Shown one piece after another: positions 31,643-42,696 of a DNA stretch of 64,000 nt. The number at the start of each line of letters is the position of its first letter. The stretch's first letter is position 1. The stretch covers positions 372,001 to 436,000 of the forward strand of contig OZ251252.1 in NCBI GenBank assembly GCA_965240325.2, written 5' to 3'. The notes beneath the pieces were generated by a model. That model saw only the letters and a list, made by a program, of their open reading frames with translations. It ran no database searches and was not told the DNA's origin. The stretch comes from Rebecca billardiae RCC1528. Lineage: Eukaryota > Protista > Haptophyta. The position numbers and the translations under genes are program-made.

Positions 31643-33019
31643 TCAGGCGGTGCTGTTCTGCCCGCCGCCGAAGGCGCGCTCCCACAGCGCGTCCGCCGCG
31701 GCGCGCTCGCCGCCCGTCTCGTTGAGCAGCAGGAACATCGGCATCTTCCGCGCGCACGCGCTCTGCGCGCGCTGCGCGGGCGTGAGCCAGGAGAGGCACT
31801 CGCGCCTGAACGAGCGCTCGCAGCCGCCGCCCCTCGCCGCGCGCTCGGCGTCGGAGTACGGCGGCAGCACGTGGTAGCGGAAGATGTCGCCGAAGCGCGC
31901 GCGGTTAGTGGGCGGGCTGGGGCAGCGCAGCGCCGCGGCCTCGCACGCCGCCATCAGCGGGATCGCGCGCGCGTCCGCCAGCAGCATGTCGTGGCACACC
32001 GTGCGCCCGTCGCACGTGCGGGCGCACTGCCGCTCGGTCGTGGGGATCACAAAGTTGTTCGTGCGCACGTCGAGCTGCGTGTACCGCAGGTACGAGCCGA
32101 CGCGCAGCGCGGAGAGGCCCGCCTCGCGCCCGGCGACGTGCATGAAGTCCCCCTCCGCGAACCCGAAGCGCGCGGCGGGCGGCACGACGAAGCTCGCCGG
32201 CATCACGCAGTCCCACGCAAAGTCCGGCCGAATTCGCATCACGTACGAATAGCGAACGCCGCCGCGCAGCCCGGACTCGGCGGCCTGGATCTGCTGGGCG
32301 CAGTGGTGCCAGCGCCAGGCGAGCATGAGCCGCACGCTCGTGGGCGCGCGCACGGCGCACACGCCGCTGGGCGTCTTGCCCGGCTCGGCGAGCAGCGCGT
32401 CGGCGGCCAACGGGCGGCGCGCGCCGGGCGGCGCGCGCGGCGCTGGCGGCCCCTCCGCGCCCAGCGCCTCGTCGGAGCGCACGTCGAGGTGGACGAGGCC
32501 GCGCGGCTGCCAGTGCGCGTGCAGCGCGCGCAGGTCCGCCGCGCTCGCCCACGGCTGCATGCGCAGGCAGCCGTTGGGCAGCCTCAGCGGGCGCTTCACG
32601 AGCGGCCACGAGGCGTTCCACTCGGCGCACGGCCCGTTCGTGTCCGGCGACACGTGCAGAAACAGGTCCGGCCGCGCGGGCTGCACGAGGTGCTGCTCCC
32701 AGTTGCGCCAGAGCAGCGGCGCGTTGAACGTGCGCAGCTGGCCCGCCACGCAGACGGCGAGCGGGCGCGTGCCGTTGCGCAGGAGCCACGCAGCGTACGT
32801 CGACTGATCCACGGTGTACGACGCTCGCGGCCGCGGGCTGGTCTCGTTGCCGTCGTCGATGGCGAGCTCGCGAGCGCGCCAGGCGGGCGACGCGGCGATG
32901 AGGTCGTCGCTGCCGGTGCTGGTGGCACGGTCTGAGGCGGTGCTCGCGCGCGCCGGGCCGCGAGCTACCGCCCCATGCAAGAGCGCCACCACCACGAGCG
33001 CCTTGCCGCCGGGCGCCAT
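31643..33019 (-). CDS. Secretory-pathway glycosyltransferase-like protein
   Basis: Signal/anchor at the N-terminus; LAVCVAGQLRTF, DLFLHV and YSYVMRIRPD motifs typical of a GT-A-like family widespread in algae and large viruses. Confidence 0.7.
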   Translation of the reverse strand: MAPGGKALVVVALLHGAVARGPARASTASDRATSTGSDDLIAASPAWRARELAIDDGNETSPRPRASYTVDQSTYAAWLLRNGTRPLAVCVAGQLRTFNAPLLWRNWEQHLVQPARPDLFLHVSPDTNGPCAEWNASWPLVKRPLRLPNGCLRMQPWASAADLRALHAHWQPRGLVHLDVRSDEALGAEGPPAPRAPPGARRPLAADALLAEPGKTPSGVCAVRAPTSVRLMLAWRWHHCAQQIQAAESGLRGGVRYSYVMRIRPDFAWDCVMPASFVVPPAARFGFAEGDFMHVAGREAGLSALRVGSYLRYTQLDVRTNNFVIPTTERQCARTCDGRTVCHDMLLADARAIPLMAACEAAALRCPSPPTNRARFGDIFRYHVLPPYSDAERAARGGGCERSFRRECLSWLTPAQRAQSACARKMPMFLLLNETGGERAAADALWERAFGGGQNSTA

Positions 33020-33089
33020 CGTGACATCATCAGCTTACTGCGCACACCGTACAGTACTGTAGGAATTGACAAACGCCGAGCACGGCAGG

Positions 33090-34331
33090 ATGGCGGCGTT
33101 GGCGAGGGCTACATCCCTCAGGCTTCGAGGTATTGCAGCAGTCGCCATCGCCTGCAGGGTCTCCCCCGTGCGATGCGGGCACAGAGCATCCTCCGGCTCC
33201 ACCGACTCCGCTGATGTAGTGGTCGTCATGTCCGACACGGCCAGTCCGTTCGCAATGGTTGAGGGTGTGGCCGATAATGCCTCGGCGGCGTTTCACCGGC
33301 GCGCGATGGTGAGTAGATCCGTGGCAATCAACTACAGGTACGCGGTCAAGAATGGCTACAATTTTGCGTTCGCCCACCTCCCTGCGGTGACGCTGCGGCG
33401 GCAGCCCGAGATGACAATCAGCTGCGCGCACCGCGCGCGCATGCGCGAGGCAAGCGCCAATCACTCGCTGCTGGCGATGCGTGGCCTTCGCCCACCACCA
33501 TGGTGCAAGCTGGTTGTCCTTTGGGAGGTGGCGAGCGTGCTGACGTCGAAGCTACTGCTGTTTGTCGACTCGGACGCAGTCTTGCTGAAGGGGCGGGCCC
33601 CCTTGCACCGCTCAGTGCTCTTCAATGCGACGAACCCCAATTGGACCCTGTCGGCATATGACGACTTGCCCTGGAGGCACTCGCCCATCAACACGGGCGT
33701 GCTTCTCATGCGCAACAATGCGCACATGGCGCACATCCTCGCCGACTGGTGGGATCTGCCGGATGCGGATCTGGCCGAGTGGGAACACACCACTCCGTGG
33801 GAGCAGGCAGCGATGCGGTTCAAGTACTTTGAGCGATACAGTGACCACATCAATGTCGTGCCGGCCCATGGCGTGGTGAAGCCAAGTACCTATCGTGGCT
33901 CGTATGTGTGGCACCTCGCCGGGGCGGCTCGTACACCAGAGTGGACTGCGGATGTTTTCGAGCACCATCGTGCGATCAAGCGCATCCCGAGGCTCTGGGA
34001 GAGCAAGCACCCGTTCGGGCATTCCCACCAGTTTTCGTTGATGACCGACACTGGGTTGGCCCCCGTCGCCAGCAACGCGAGCCACGCGCTCGCATCGTGC
34101 ACGCCGCGAAGGCTGGGAGCGCATGCAAGTGCCGCCCCGTCTGGCGTGGCTGCCACGACCGCTGAAGCGGCAGATGCAGACCGTGGCACCGCACAGCCTT
34201 GCCTTCTGTTCGACCGTGAGCTCCAGTGGCAGGAGAGCAGTGGGCTTCGGCTGTGTGGAGTGATCTACTTCCGCTTGCGGCCAGGCCAGCAGCAGCCGCA
34301 TCATCGTCACTGCGCAGCGACGCCACGATGA
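33090..34331 (+). CDS. GT34 (Mnn10/Gma12)-like glycosyltransferase
   Basis: NYRYAVKNGY, PPWCKL, LFVDSDA (DxD), INTGVLLMRN, WEQAAM; hydrophobic N-terminus; ATG at 33090. Confidence 0.8.
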   Translation: MAALARATSLRLRGIAAVAIACRVSPVRCGHRASSGSTDSADVVVVMSDTASPFAMVEGVADNASAAFHRRAMVSRSVAINYRYAVKNGYNFAFAHLPAVTLRRQPEMTISCAHRARMREASANHSLLAMRGLRPPPWCKLVVLWEVASVLTSKLLLFVDSDAVLLKGRAPLHRSVLFNATNPNWTLSAYDDLPWRHSPINTGVLLMRNNAHMAHILADWWDLPDADLAEWEHTTPWEQAAMRFKYFERYSDHINVVPAHGVVKPSTYRGSYVWHLAGAARTPEWTADVFEHHRAIKRIPRLWESKHPFGHSHQFSLMTDTGLAPVASNASHALASCTPRRLGAHASAAPSGVAATTAEAADADRGTAQPCLLFDRELQWQESSGLRLCGVIYFRLRPGQQQPHHRHCAATPR

Positions 34332-35767
34332 CGATGACGATGGCGCGGCAGACTCGCCGGCGTACGCGAGGCCATGGTGGCACTAGCTGCCATCGGGTAC
34401 CCGCGCCTGCTGCCAGGGGCTTCACTGATATATATAGTTCATATAGCGCTGATATGATCCGCGCAATATATAATCTGAAGAGCTACTCGGCTATAGCGGC
34501 GGGATCATATCGTCCTGCCATTCGATCGTCAGCTGGTGCGTCAGCTGCCATTCGGCTCAGGCTGTTACCATGCTGCAGCGATTGCAAGATTCGGGATGCC
34601 ATTGGCCCGGCAGCGTGGCCGGTGGGTACCGGCCTCATTATAATATGAATTTAATGATATGAGGATGCAGCAGCTAGTCAATATATGACGACTCAGAGTG
34701 AATGCAGCGGCAACTGCGCCCGCCTTCTCTGCCTGTAGCTCGACTCAGATGTGCTCTGATGCGGGCAACGGGCCGCAACGGTGGGGCAGCCGAGTGCTGC
34801 CGGCGTGTGGTCGTGCCGCGAGTGCCGCCGGACCGTTGACCGTGACAGGTCACATCCGCACAGAGGCAGTAGTGATGCATGAGGCGACTCGGATTTAGAT
34901 GGACTAGGTCGAATGCGCTGCATGCGGCTACACGCTGCCCCTGCGCCTGACTGTGCACTGTGAATGGTGCCGTGCAGCCGCCACGGACTACCCGTGTCGG
35001 AGAGCACGGCACGACAGAGCACAGCACGACTCCTGCGTTCGTGGCACACGCAAGACAGCATCCACGCCTGCATGGGTCGAGACGCACCTAACCAGCTATC
35101 CAGCGGGGAGCAGATACAGGTTTCACAGCCTCCCTCACGCAATGCACTCACAAAGTACCTCAGCAGAGCCGACGGAAGCGGCACGCGGATGCTGCGCGGC
35201 TTAAGCAGACGTTTGCGCGTCGCGCGCGATCGCGTGCATTGTGCAGGCCGCGACCCGGTGGACAATGCGGCGAGGGCCACGGCGAGGGTGCACGTTATCA
35301 TGCGCACCATGCCCAGCGAGATCCCCGCCGACGCACGAGCTTCTATGCCTCGCGGCGGAGGCCCGAAGCGACGCCATGCACAAGCCCTGGGACGGACGGG
35401 CCCGCTCATCTCAATGAGCGAATAAATACAACTGCTTTACATACTGGCATTACTCACAATACTGATGGCAATTCACTGAGATACACGCATCACGCGCTCA
35501 CTTTCAGGCCATCCTGTGAGCCGTCAAAGTATCAGTGTCCCCGTGCTGAGAATCCAGGACAGCAAGCCTGATCGCCCTGATGATGAATATGAGCTCTAAC
35601 CTACAGTTTACTATGTTTTAACGTGCACACTTGGTTAAGGCGCGATACCCACTTTCTGAACTCGCCCTGAACCCCCTGAGCAACCTCCTTAAGTTTAGTT
35701 TCATCCCTTTGCTTTGACGGACGCGGGCGTAGGACCGGACCACCGACGACGGCGGGCGTCTCATCAG

Positions 35768-37585
35768 ATGCTGCCGCCTCCCGCCCGGCGGGACAGCGAG
35801 GAGTACGCGCACGCGCTCGTCGCCGCGTGCGCGCAGCGCCAGTACGACCAGCTCGGCGACCTGCTCGGCGACGCCGACGCCGAGCGCGGGGCGGCCGCGG
35901 AGGAGATGCGCGCGGGCGCGTTCACGCCGCTGATGGTCGCGTGCCGCTCGGCGCACGCCAACCTGGCGGCGGCGCTGCTGAGGGGCGGCGCGGCGATCGA
36001 CGAGCCCTCGGCCGACGCGCGTACCGCGCTCATGCTCGCCGCCGAGCGCGGCCACGTCGAGTGCGTCGCCACGCTGCTCGCGGCGAGCGCGGACGTGCGC
36101 GCGAGCGACCGCGACGGCTGGGACGCGCTGATGCTGGCGGCGGCGGGCGGGCACGCGGAGGTGGTGAGCGTGCTCATACGCGCGCGCGCCGACGTGCGCA
36201 ACGCCGAGGCGGACGGCTGGACCGCGCTCATGCTCGGCTGCGAGAAGGGCGACGGCGAGACCGTCCGCCGGCTGCTCGACGGCGGCGCGCCGCACGGCGC
36301 CACGGACGCGTCGGGCGCGACCGCTCTGATGGTGGCGAGCCAAGAGGGGCACCGTGAGTGCGTGGTGGCGCTGCTCGACCGCGGCGCGGAGCTGCACGCG
36401 GCGAACAGGCACGGCCGCACCGCCGTCCTCGCCGCGTGCGAGGAGGGCCACGCCGCCGTCGTCGACGAGCTGCTGCGCCGCTGCCTCGCAACCCCTCCCT
36501 CGTGCGGCAGCCACTCGTTCGCTCCAGGTGGCTCGTCAGGCGCGCGGCGGCGGCCGACGCTGGCGACGCTGCTCGCGGCGGCGTGCAACGAGGGGCACGT
36601 GGAGGTGGCGCGGCTCCTCATCGCGCGCGGCGCCGACATGCGCACCACCAACGAGCTCGGCGCCACCCCGCTGATGCTCGCCGCGCAGGAGGGCCACGTG
36701 GAGTGCGTCGAGCTGCTCCTTGCGTGCTCCGCTGACGTCGGCCAGCAGAACGGGGACGGCTGGAGCGCGCTGATGATGGCGACGCAGGAGTCGCAGCTGC
36801 GCGTGATCCGGCTGCTGCTCGCCGCCGCAAGCCCCGCCGCCAGCCTCGAGTGCGCCAACTCGGAGGGCGGCACCGCGCTCGCCATCGCGTGCGAGTACTC
36901 GTCGCTGCCCGTGGTGTGCACGCTCAGCGCGGCGGGCGCTCAGCGCTTCTTTCCCAACGGCTTCACGGCGGAGGCGGTGGCGACGGCGGCGGCGCTGAGG
37001 CAGCCGGGCGCGCCGGAGCGCGTGCGCGTGCTCGAGTGGCTGCAGGCCACGCGCGAGTGGGCCACGCCGCTCCACCACGTGCCCATGCTCAGCGCGGCGC
37101 GCGCGACGCAGCTGCTGCGCGCGGGCGCGGACCCGCGCGCGCGCTCGAGCGCGCCGTTCGCGCCCACGCCCGTCGCGATCGCGCGCACCGTGCTCGCGGC
37201 GGACGCGGAGGCGGGCGGGTGGCGGCGGCGCGGTGCGGGCGCGGGTGCGCACGGCGCCGACGCCGAGCCCAACGCCGACGCCGACGACCACGCGCACGCG
37301 CCGGACGGCGGCGTGGGCGCCGCCGAGCTGATCGTTCGCGCCGCGGCGCCTTGGTCGCCCCGCTCGCACACGCTCTTCCCGGAGCGTGCGCGCGCGCGCG
37401 CGCGCGAGCTGCTCTTCGTCGGGTACCAGCTGGCGGCGCAGCCGGGGTTCGTGGGGCACTCGCAGCAGCTGGTCGACGTGTGGGTGGCGTACGTGCTGCC
37501 CGCCGCCGTGAGCCGCCCGCTGCCGCCGCGCGCACCCGCGCTCAGCTGGAGGCGCACGTTTGCGGGCGCGGCGCAGTGCTTGTAA
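35768..37585 (+). CDS. Ankyrin repeat protein
   Basis: Multiple TALMLAAxxGHxExVxxLL repeats; C-terminal TPLHH..WSPRSHTLFP segment; ATG at 35768. Confidence 0.93.
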   Translation: MLPPPARRDSEEYAHALVAACAQRQYDQLGDLLGDADAERGAAAEEMRAGAFTPLMVACRSAHANLAAALLRGGAAIDEPSADARTALMLAAERGHVECVATLLAASADVRASDRDGWDALMLAAAGGHAEVVSVLIRARADVRNAEADGWTALMLGCEKGDGETVRRLLDGGAPHGATDASGATALMVASQEGHRECVVALLDRGAELHAANRHGRTAVLAACEEGHAAVVDELLRRCLATPPSCGSHSFAPGGSSGARRRPTLATLLAAACNEGHVEVARLLIARGADMRTTNELGATPLMLAAQEGHVECVELLLACSADVGQQNGDGWSALMMATQESQLRVIRLLLAAASPAASLECANSEGGTALAIACEYSSLPVVCTLSAAGAQRFFPNGFTAEAVATAAALRQPGAPERVRVLEWLQATREWATPLHHVPMLSAARATQLLRAGADPRARSSAPFAPTPVAIARTVLAADAEAGGWRRRGAGAGAHGADAEPNADADDHAHAPDGGVGAAELIVRAAAPWSPRSHTLFPERARARARELLFVGYQLAAQPGFVGHSQQLVDVWVAYVLPAAVSRPLPPRAPALSWRRTFAGAAQCL

Positions 37586-37970
37586 GTCAAAGTGCATGGC
37601 CCTCGTGCCAGGGACGGCGGCGGCATCAAATGTAGTTGCTGATGATTGCAACGGTAGCCGCGGCTGCCGCGCGCGCAGGCCCCGCGCGGACTATACAGTG
37701 CAGCAGCCTCACGCCGGGCTATATACGCAGCAGATGCCGATCTCATGATCGGACTCCTATCACTCGTGATACTATCAGACCTAGTCCTCGTCGTCGTGCC
37801 TCGGCTGCGATGTCGATGATATATATCGTCGGATGACGATGATGATGATATATATATGATGTGCGTGGTCATCATCATCATCGTCGCGCGATCATCATCA
37901 TGATATCATGCCGCGCGCCGATCGCGACGACGTCGCGTATATATAATTAATATATATATATATATATTAA

Positions 37971-39089
37971 TTAGTCGTCGTCGCCGTGCGGCCGCCGGCC
38001 ACCAGGCGCCGCCCTCGGCGCGGTCGCCGCGGTACCACGCGCCTCCGGCTGCGCGGCCGCCCCGCTGCCACCCTCGGCCGCCGCCGGCCGCGCGGCGCGG
38101 TCGCCGAGCGCCGCGCGCAGGAAGGCGCTCGTGTCGCCCACGCCGCGAGCGAGGACCGTCGGCTCCCACACGCCGGCGCACGGCGTGCCGGCGAGCTGCG
38201 CGAGCTGCTCGACGGTGCCGCGCCCCGTGCCCACCGCGATGCACGCCACGCACACCCCCGCGCCCAGCCGCCCGTCCTCAGCGCACGCCTTGGCCGCTAG
38301 CACGTCTGCAGGCGCGTCGCCAACGTGCACGACGCGGTCCAGATACGAAGTGCCGCCCGGCTGCGCGGCCACGAGCGCGCGCGCGCGGCGCACGGCGATG
38401 GCGAGCTGCTCGGCGCGGTCGAGGTGGTGCCTGGCCGGGTCCTCGATGTCGCCCGAGCAGAAGTCCGAGCCGAAGCCGCCGAGGAACGCCGACTCCTCGT
38501 CGCCCGGCCAGCGCTGCTCGGGAGCGGGCGGCGAGAGAGCGCCAGTGGCGACGATGCCGAAGGCGCGCATCTTCTTGCGCGCGATGCCCTCGACGTTGCC
38601 CGTGACGAGGCCGCAGAGCACGCGTCCGTCGGCGACGTCGTCTCGCAGCGCACGCAGCGTCTCGAGCACCCCCGCGATCGGCTCAACGCCCGCCACCACG
38701 TCCGCATCCGAGCAGCGCGCCACGTACTCGTCCATGCTAGCAAACACCTCCGCCAGGCGCGGGGCGACGGCCTTGGGGCAGAGGCCGAGCTCCTGCCGGG
38801 CGAGGTTGAGCGCGATCAGCCCGTCCGTCGAGCCGTGGTACTTGTCGTGCGGCAGCACCGACGCCGGTAGCGCGGTCGCGGCGCCGCTCTCGCTGAGCAC
38901 GCGGCCGACGCCGTGTGCAAACGCGTGCGCGTGCGCCGACGTCTCGGCGCCGCGACCGACGCCGGCGACGAGCGTGCCGTCGACGTCGAAGGTGATGAGC
39001 GTGCGCGCGCCCGGAGCCGTGCTCGAGCGCGCCCCCGCCATCAGCGCAACGCTCAGCACGACGGCGCGGCACTGCCACCGGGTCGGCAT
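37971..39089 (-). CDS. HAD-superfamily hydrolase with signal peptide
   Basis: Motif I FDVDGTL, motif II LVTGN, GGFGSD, motif IV HVGDAPAD; N-terminal AVVLSVALMAGA. Confidence 0.9.
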   Translation of the reverse strand: MPTRWQCRAVVLSVALMAGARSSTAPGARTLITFDVDGTLVAGVGRGAETSAHAHAFAHGVGRVLSESGAATALPASVLPHDKYHGSTDGLIALNLARQELGLCPKAVAPRLAEVFASMDEYVARCSDADVVAGVEPIAGVLETLRALRDDVADGRVLCGLVTGNVEGIARKKMRAFGIVATGALSPPAPEQRWPGDEESAFLGGFGSDFCSGDIEDPARHHLDRAEQLAIAVRRARALVAAQPGGTSYLDRVVHVGDAPADVLAAKACAEDGRLGAGVCVACIAVGTGRGTVEQLAQLAGTPCAGVWEPTVLARGVGDTSAFLRAALGDRAARPAAAEGGSGAAAQPEARGTAATAPRAAPGGRRPHGDDD

Positions 39090-39276
39090 GGCTTGATGGC
39101 GGCCTCGGCGCGGCGCCCCGGCCGTTCCCGCGCCGCCGCGCGGCTTGGAAGAAAGAGAATCTCGCTTCGGAGAATCTTTCAGGTTGATCAGGACCAATTG
39201 ATCAGGACTGCCGACCGGATAAGCTCGAGCGCTCCACCGCCCCGGCCGGCATCGCGCGAGAACTCGAGATCAATCC

Positions 39277-40425
39277 ATGGCGGGCCCGTGGCTCGTCGCG
39301 GCGGCGACGTGGCTGCCGCTCGGCGCGAGCGCGCTCGGACGCCGCTCCGCGTCGACGCTGCTCGTGAGCTTTACGACAGACCCGGCGAGCGTCACCCTCG
39401 CGCGCGCCGTGCGCGCGCACTGCGGCCGCTGGGAGCCGGTGGAGGCGGCGGGCGTCGCGCGGCTCTGGGCAGCAGCGGACGCCCCCGCGCACGCGCCCGC
39501 ACACCTCCTCGAGATCGACGATCGGCCGGTGCACGCGGACCACGTGGACGTGCGCTTCGCCGAGCTCACCGGCGGCCCCGCCCCCGCCGAGGTCCTCTTC
39601 CTCTCGCGCCACGCCTCGGCGTCCGCGCGCCCGGCGCTCTGCGTGCACCCGATTGGTAACCCGCGCGCGGCGGCGGGCGCTGCGCACGGCGGCTCGGCGG
39701 GGTTCTGCCCGCCGCCCGCGCCGAGGCTGGCGCAGCTGTACCGCCTCGGCCTGGAGGAGTGCGCGCGCGCCGGGCTCGACGCCGAGTTCGAGACCACCCT
39801 CGAGGCGACGCACCACGGGCCCACGCTCGAGCGCGCGCCGTCCGCCTTTGTCGAGATCGGATCGGACGAATCTGCATGGCGCCGGGAGGACGCGGCGGCG
39901 GTGTGGGCGCGCGCGCTGCGCCGGCTGCTGGGGACGGGCGAGCCCGCGTGCGAGGGCGGCGCCGACGCGCGCGTGCCGCTGTGGGCCGAGCGCGACGACG
40001 CCGCGCGCGCCGCGTCGACGGTGGTGCTCGCCTTTGGCGGCGGTCACTACATGCCCGCGCTGTGCGACGCGGCGCGCGCGTCGCGGGGCGGCGGCGCAGC
40101 GGGTGAGGGCGGCGAGCTTTTCCTGGGGCATCTGCTCGCGAGCTACGCGCTCACGGACCTCGGCGCGCCGCGCGCGGCCGAGGGCGCCGAGCCCGCGCCG
40201 GCACACGCCGACGCCGAGCCCGAGTGGCACGCGACCGTCGCGTCGGCCGTGTCGTCGACGGCCGCAGCCTTCCCCGGCGCCGGCCGGCTCCTCGGCTTCG
40301 TGCCCAAGAAGGCGTTCCGGGCGGGCGCGCGCGAGGCGCTGCGCGAGCATCTGGCGCGGGCGCACGGCATCGAGTGCGTGCAGACCAAGGGCGAGCTGCT
40401 CGCGATCGCGGGCGGGCGCGCGTGA
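39277..40425 (+). CDS. DTD2: D-aminoacyl-tRNA deacylase 2 (archaeal DtdA / plant GEK1 type)
   Basis: FLSRHAS, LCVHPIGN, TLEATHHGP, FVEIGSDE..W and FGGGHY in the canonical order. Confidence 0.9.
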   Translation: MAGPWLVAAATWLPLGASALGRRSASTLLVSFTTDPASVTLARAVRAHCGRWEPVEAAGVARLWAAADAPAHAPAHLLEIDDRPVHADHVDVRFAELTGGPAPAEVLFLSRHASASARPALCVHPIGNPRAAAGAAHGGSAGFCPPPAPRLAQLYRLGLEECARAGLDAEFETTLEATHHGPTLERAPSAFVEIGSDESAWRREDAAAVWARALRRLLGTGEPACEGGADARVPLWAERDDAARAASTVVLAFGGGHYMPALCDAARASRGGGAAGEGGELFLGHLLASYALTDLGAPRAAEGAEPAPAHADAEPEWHATVASAVSSTAAAFPGAGRLLGFVPKKAFRAGAREALREHLARAHGIECVQTKGELLAIAGGRA

Positions 40426-40656
40426 CAGCGGACGCCATGCCGAGCGGCGAATCGCCCGGCTCGGTCGCCGCCGGACGACCAGTCCGGAGCTAATTACGGC
40501 TGATATTACGCCGCTTGCGAAAATTGTTTATTGCGCCCGCATCAGCAGCGCGATCGCGTGGACAGCCGGCCTGCTCACTGGACTGGGCCACGGCCGCATC
40601 ATCAAGCGGGGTCCCACCCGCACCGCACGGCCGGCGACTGAAGGAGAGCGCGCGCG

Positions 40657-42696
40657 ATGGAGGGCACGGTCGTGCTGACCACATCCGAGCGCATCACCGC
40701 GGAGGCCATCTCGCGCCTCGAGCGCCGCGGCTTCTCGCTCGTCGGCATCAAGCTCACGCGCGCGAGCGCGGCGCTCGCGGCGCAGCACTACTCGGCGCGC
40801 GTCGCCGACCGCGACTTCCGCGAACTGGTCTCGGCGATGGCGGGGCAGCGCGTGACCGCGATGGCGTGGGAGGGCGACGGCGTCGTCGCCGCGGCGCGCG
40901 CCCTTGTTGGCGAGGGCGACGCCCCCGCCGCCGCCTCGCTCGCCGGCACATTTGGGCTTGCGCGCACGGACGGCGCGGCGGGCGCGCCGCTGCTGCACGC
41001 GTCGGCGGACGCGGCGCAGGGGCAGCGCGAGCTGTGCCTGTGGTTCAGCGCGACCGAGCTCATCCGCGACGCCCCGCCCGCCACGCCCGACGCCGACATC
41101 AACTTCGCCGTCGCCGCGGCCAACGCCGCGGCGGTGTCGGCGGACCCGTCCGCCGCCGCGGCCAAGACGCAGCAGCGCGCGAGGGTGGAGACGCTGTCGG
41201 ACAAGGTGCGCGGCGCGCGGGTGGGCGTGGTGGGCGCGCGCGGGGCGGGAGGGTGAGAGCGCGGGCTGCGGGCGGCCGGCGGCGCGCAGGGCTGCCGCGC
41301 GCGCTGCGGCGGAGCCCGCGAGGCGCTGACTCTCTCGCGCCGCCGCCCGCCGCTCCGCCGCTGCCGCGCCTGCGCCGCGCCACTGCACGGCGCCGTGCCG
41401 CCGCTCCGCCCAGGTGATCGACTCGAACCCGTACAGCCGGCTGATGGCGCTGAAGAAGATGGGCGTGGTCAAGAACTACGAGCGCATCCGCGAGAAGACC
41501 GTCATCATCGTCGGCGTCGGCGGCGTCGGCTCGGTCGCCGCCGAGATGCTCGTTCGGTGCGGCGTGGGTAAGCTGATCCTATTTGACTATGACAAGGTCG
41601 AGCTGGCGAATATGAACCGGCTGTTCTACACGCCGGACCAGTGCGGGCTGTCGAAGGTGGAGGCGGCGCGGCGTTCGCTCGGCTTCATCAACCCCGACGT
41701 GCAGTTTGAGGCGCACAACTACGACATCACCACCGTCGCCAACTTTGAGCACTTCATGGGCCGCATCCAGGCCGGAGCGCTCGGCGGCGGGCGCGTCGAC
41801 CTCGTGCTGAGCTGTGTGGACAACTTCCAGGCGCGGATGAGCATCAACCGCGCGTGCAACGAGCTGGGGCAGGTGTGGATCGAGTCGGGCGTCTCGGAGG
41901 ACGCGGTCTCCGGCCACATCCAGCTGATCAAGCCCGGCGAGCTGGCGTGCTTCGAGTGCGCACCGCCGCTCATCGTCGCCTCAGGTGCGATGCGCGGCCG
42001 GCTGGCTGGCAGCGCGCCGTGGCGCGCGGAGCGGCCGCGGCGCGCGCAGCGTGCGCGCGCCAGGCGCAGCGCGCACGCGGCATTGCGGCGAATGCGCGGG
42101 CTTCTGGGCGGCGGGCGCGCTCAGCCGCCCCCTTCGCTTCGCGCGCGCGCCCCGCCGCCGCCGCAGGCATCGACGAGAGCACGCTCAAGCGCGAGGGCGT
42201 GTGCGCCGCCTCGCTGCCGACCACGATGGGGATCGTTGCCGGGCTGCTCGTGCAGAACGCGCTCAAGTACCTGCTCGAGTTCGGGCAGGTGAGCGAGTAC
42301 CTGGGGTACATCGCGCTGCGCGACCACTTCCCGATGATGTGCCTCAAGCCCAACGCCGAGTGCGACCAGTTCTGGTGCCGCAAGCGGCAGCAGGAGCACA
42401 AGGCGTACCTCGCGTCACTGCCGCCGCCGCCGGCGCCGAGTGCCGCCGAGCCGGCGGCTCCGGTGGACCTGCATCCGGACAACGAGTGGGGCATCGAGCT
42501 GGGGGACGATGGCGGCGACGGCGGCGGCGGCGGGGGCGGCGGCGGCCCGAGCGCGGGCGCGAGCGGGCTCTCCGCGGACTTCAAGTACGCGCACGAGGCG
42601 GCGGCCGTGCAGGAGGTGAAGGCGGAGGACGCGGTGCAGGACACGGGCGCTGACCTGAGCGAGCTGATGAGCCAGCTCAAGGCGGTGCAGCACTGA
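40657..42696 (+). CDS. UBA5: UFM1-activating enzyme UBA5 with an N-terminal degenerate NDPK domain; 3 exons (40657-41205, 41414-41984, 42167-42696)
   Basis: [78 protein letters not shown] (catalytic Cys), [15 protein letters not shown]. Exon 1 is NDPK-like and ends in the UBA5 N-terminal segment [10 protein letters not shown]. Confidence 0.93.

Noticed and set aside
34693-35409. 238-aa minus ORF with a signal-peptide-like stretch
   Set aside because: No family motif and atypical composition; insufficient evidence.
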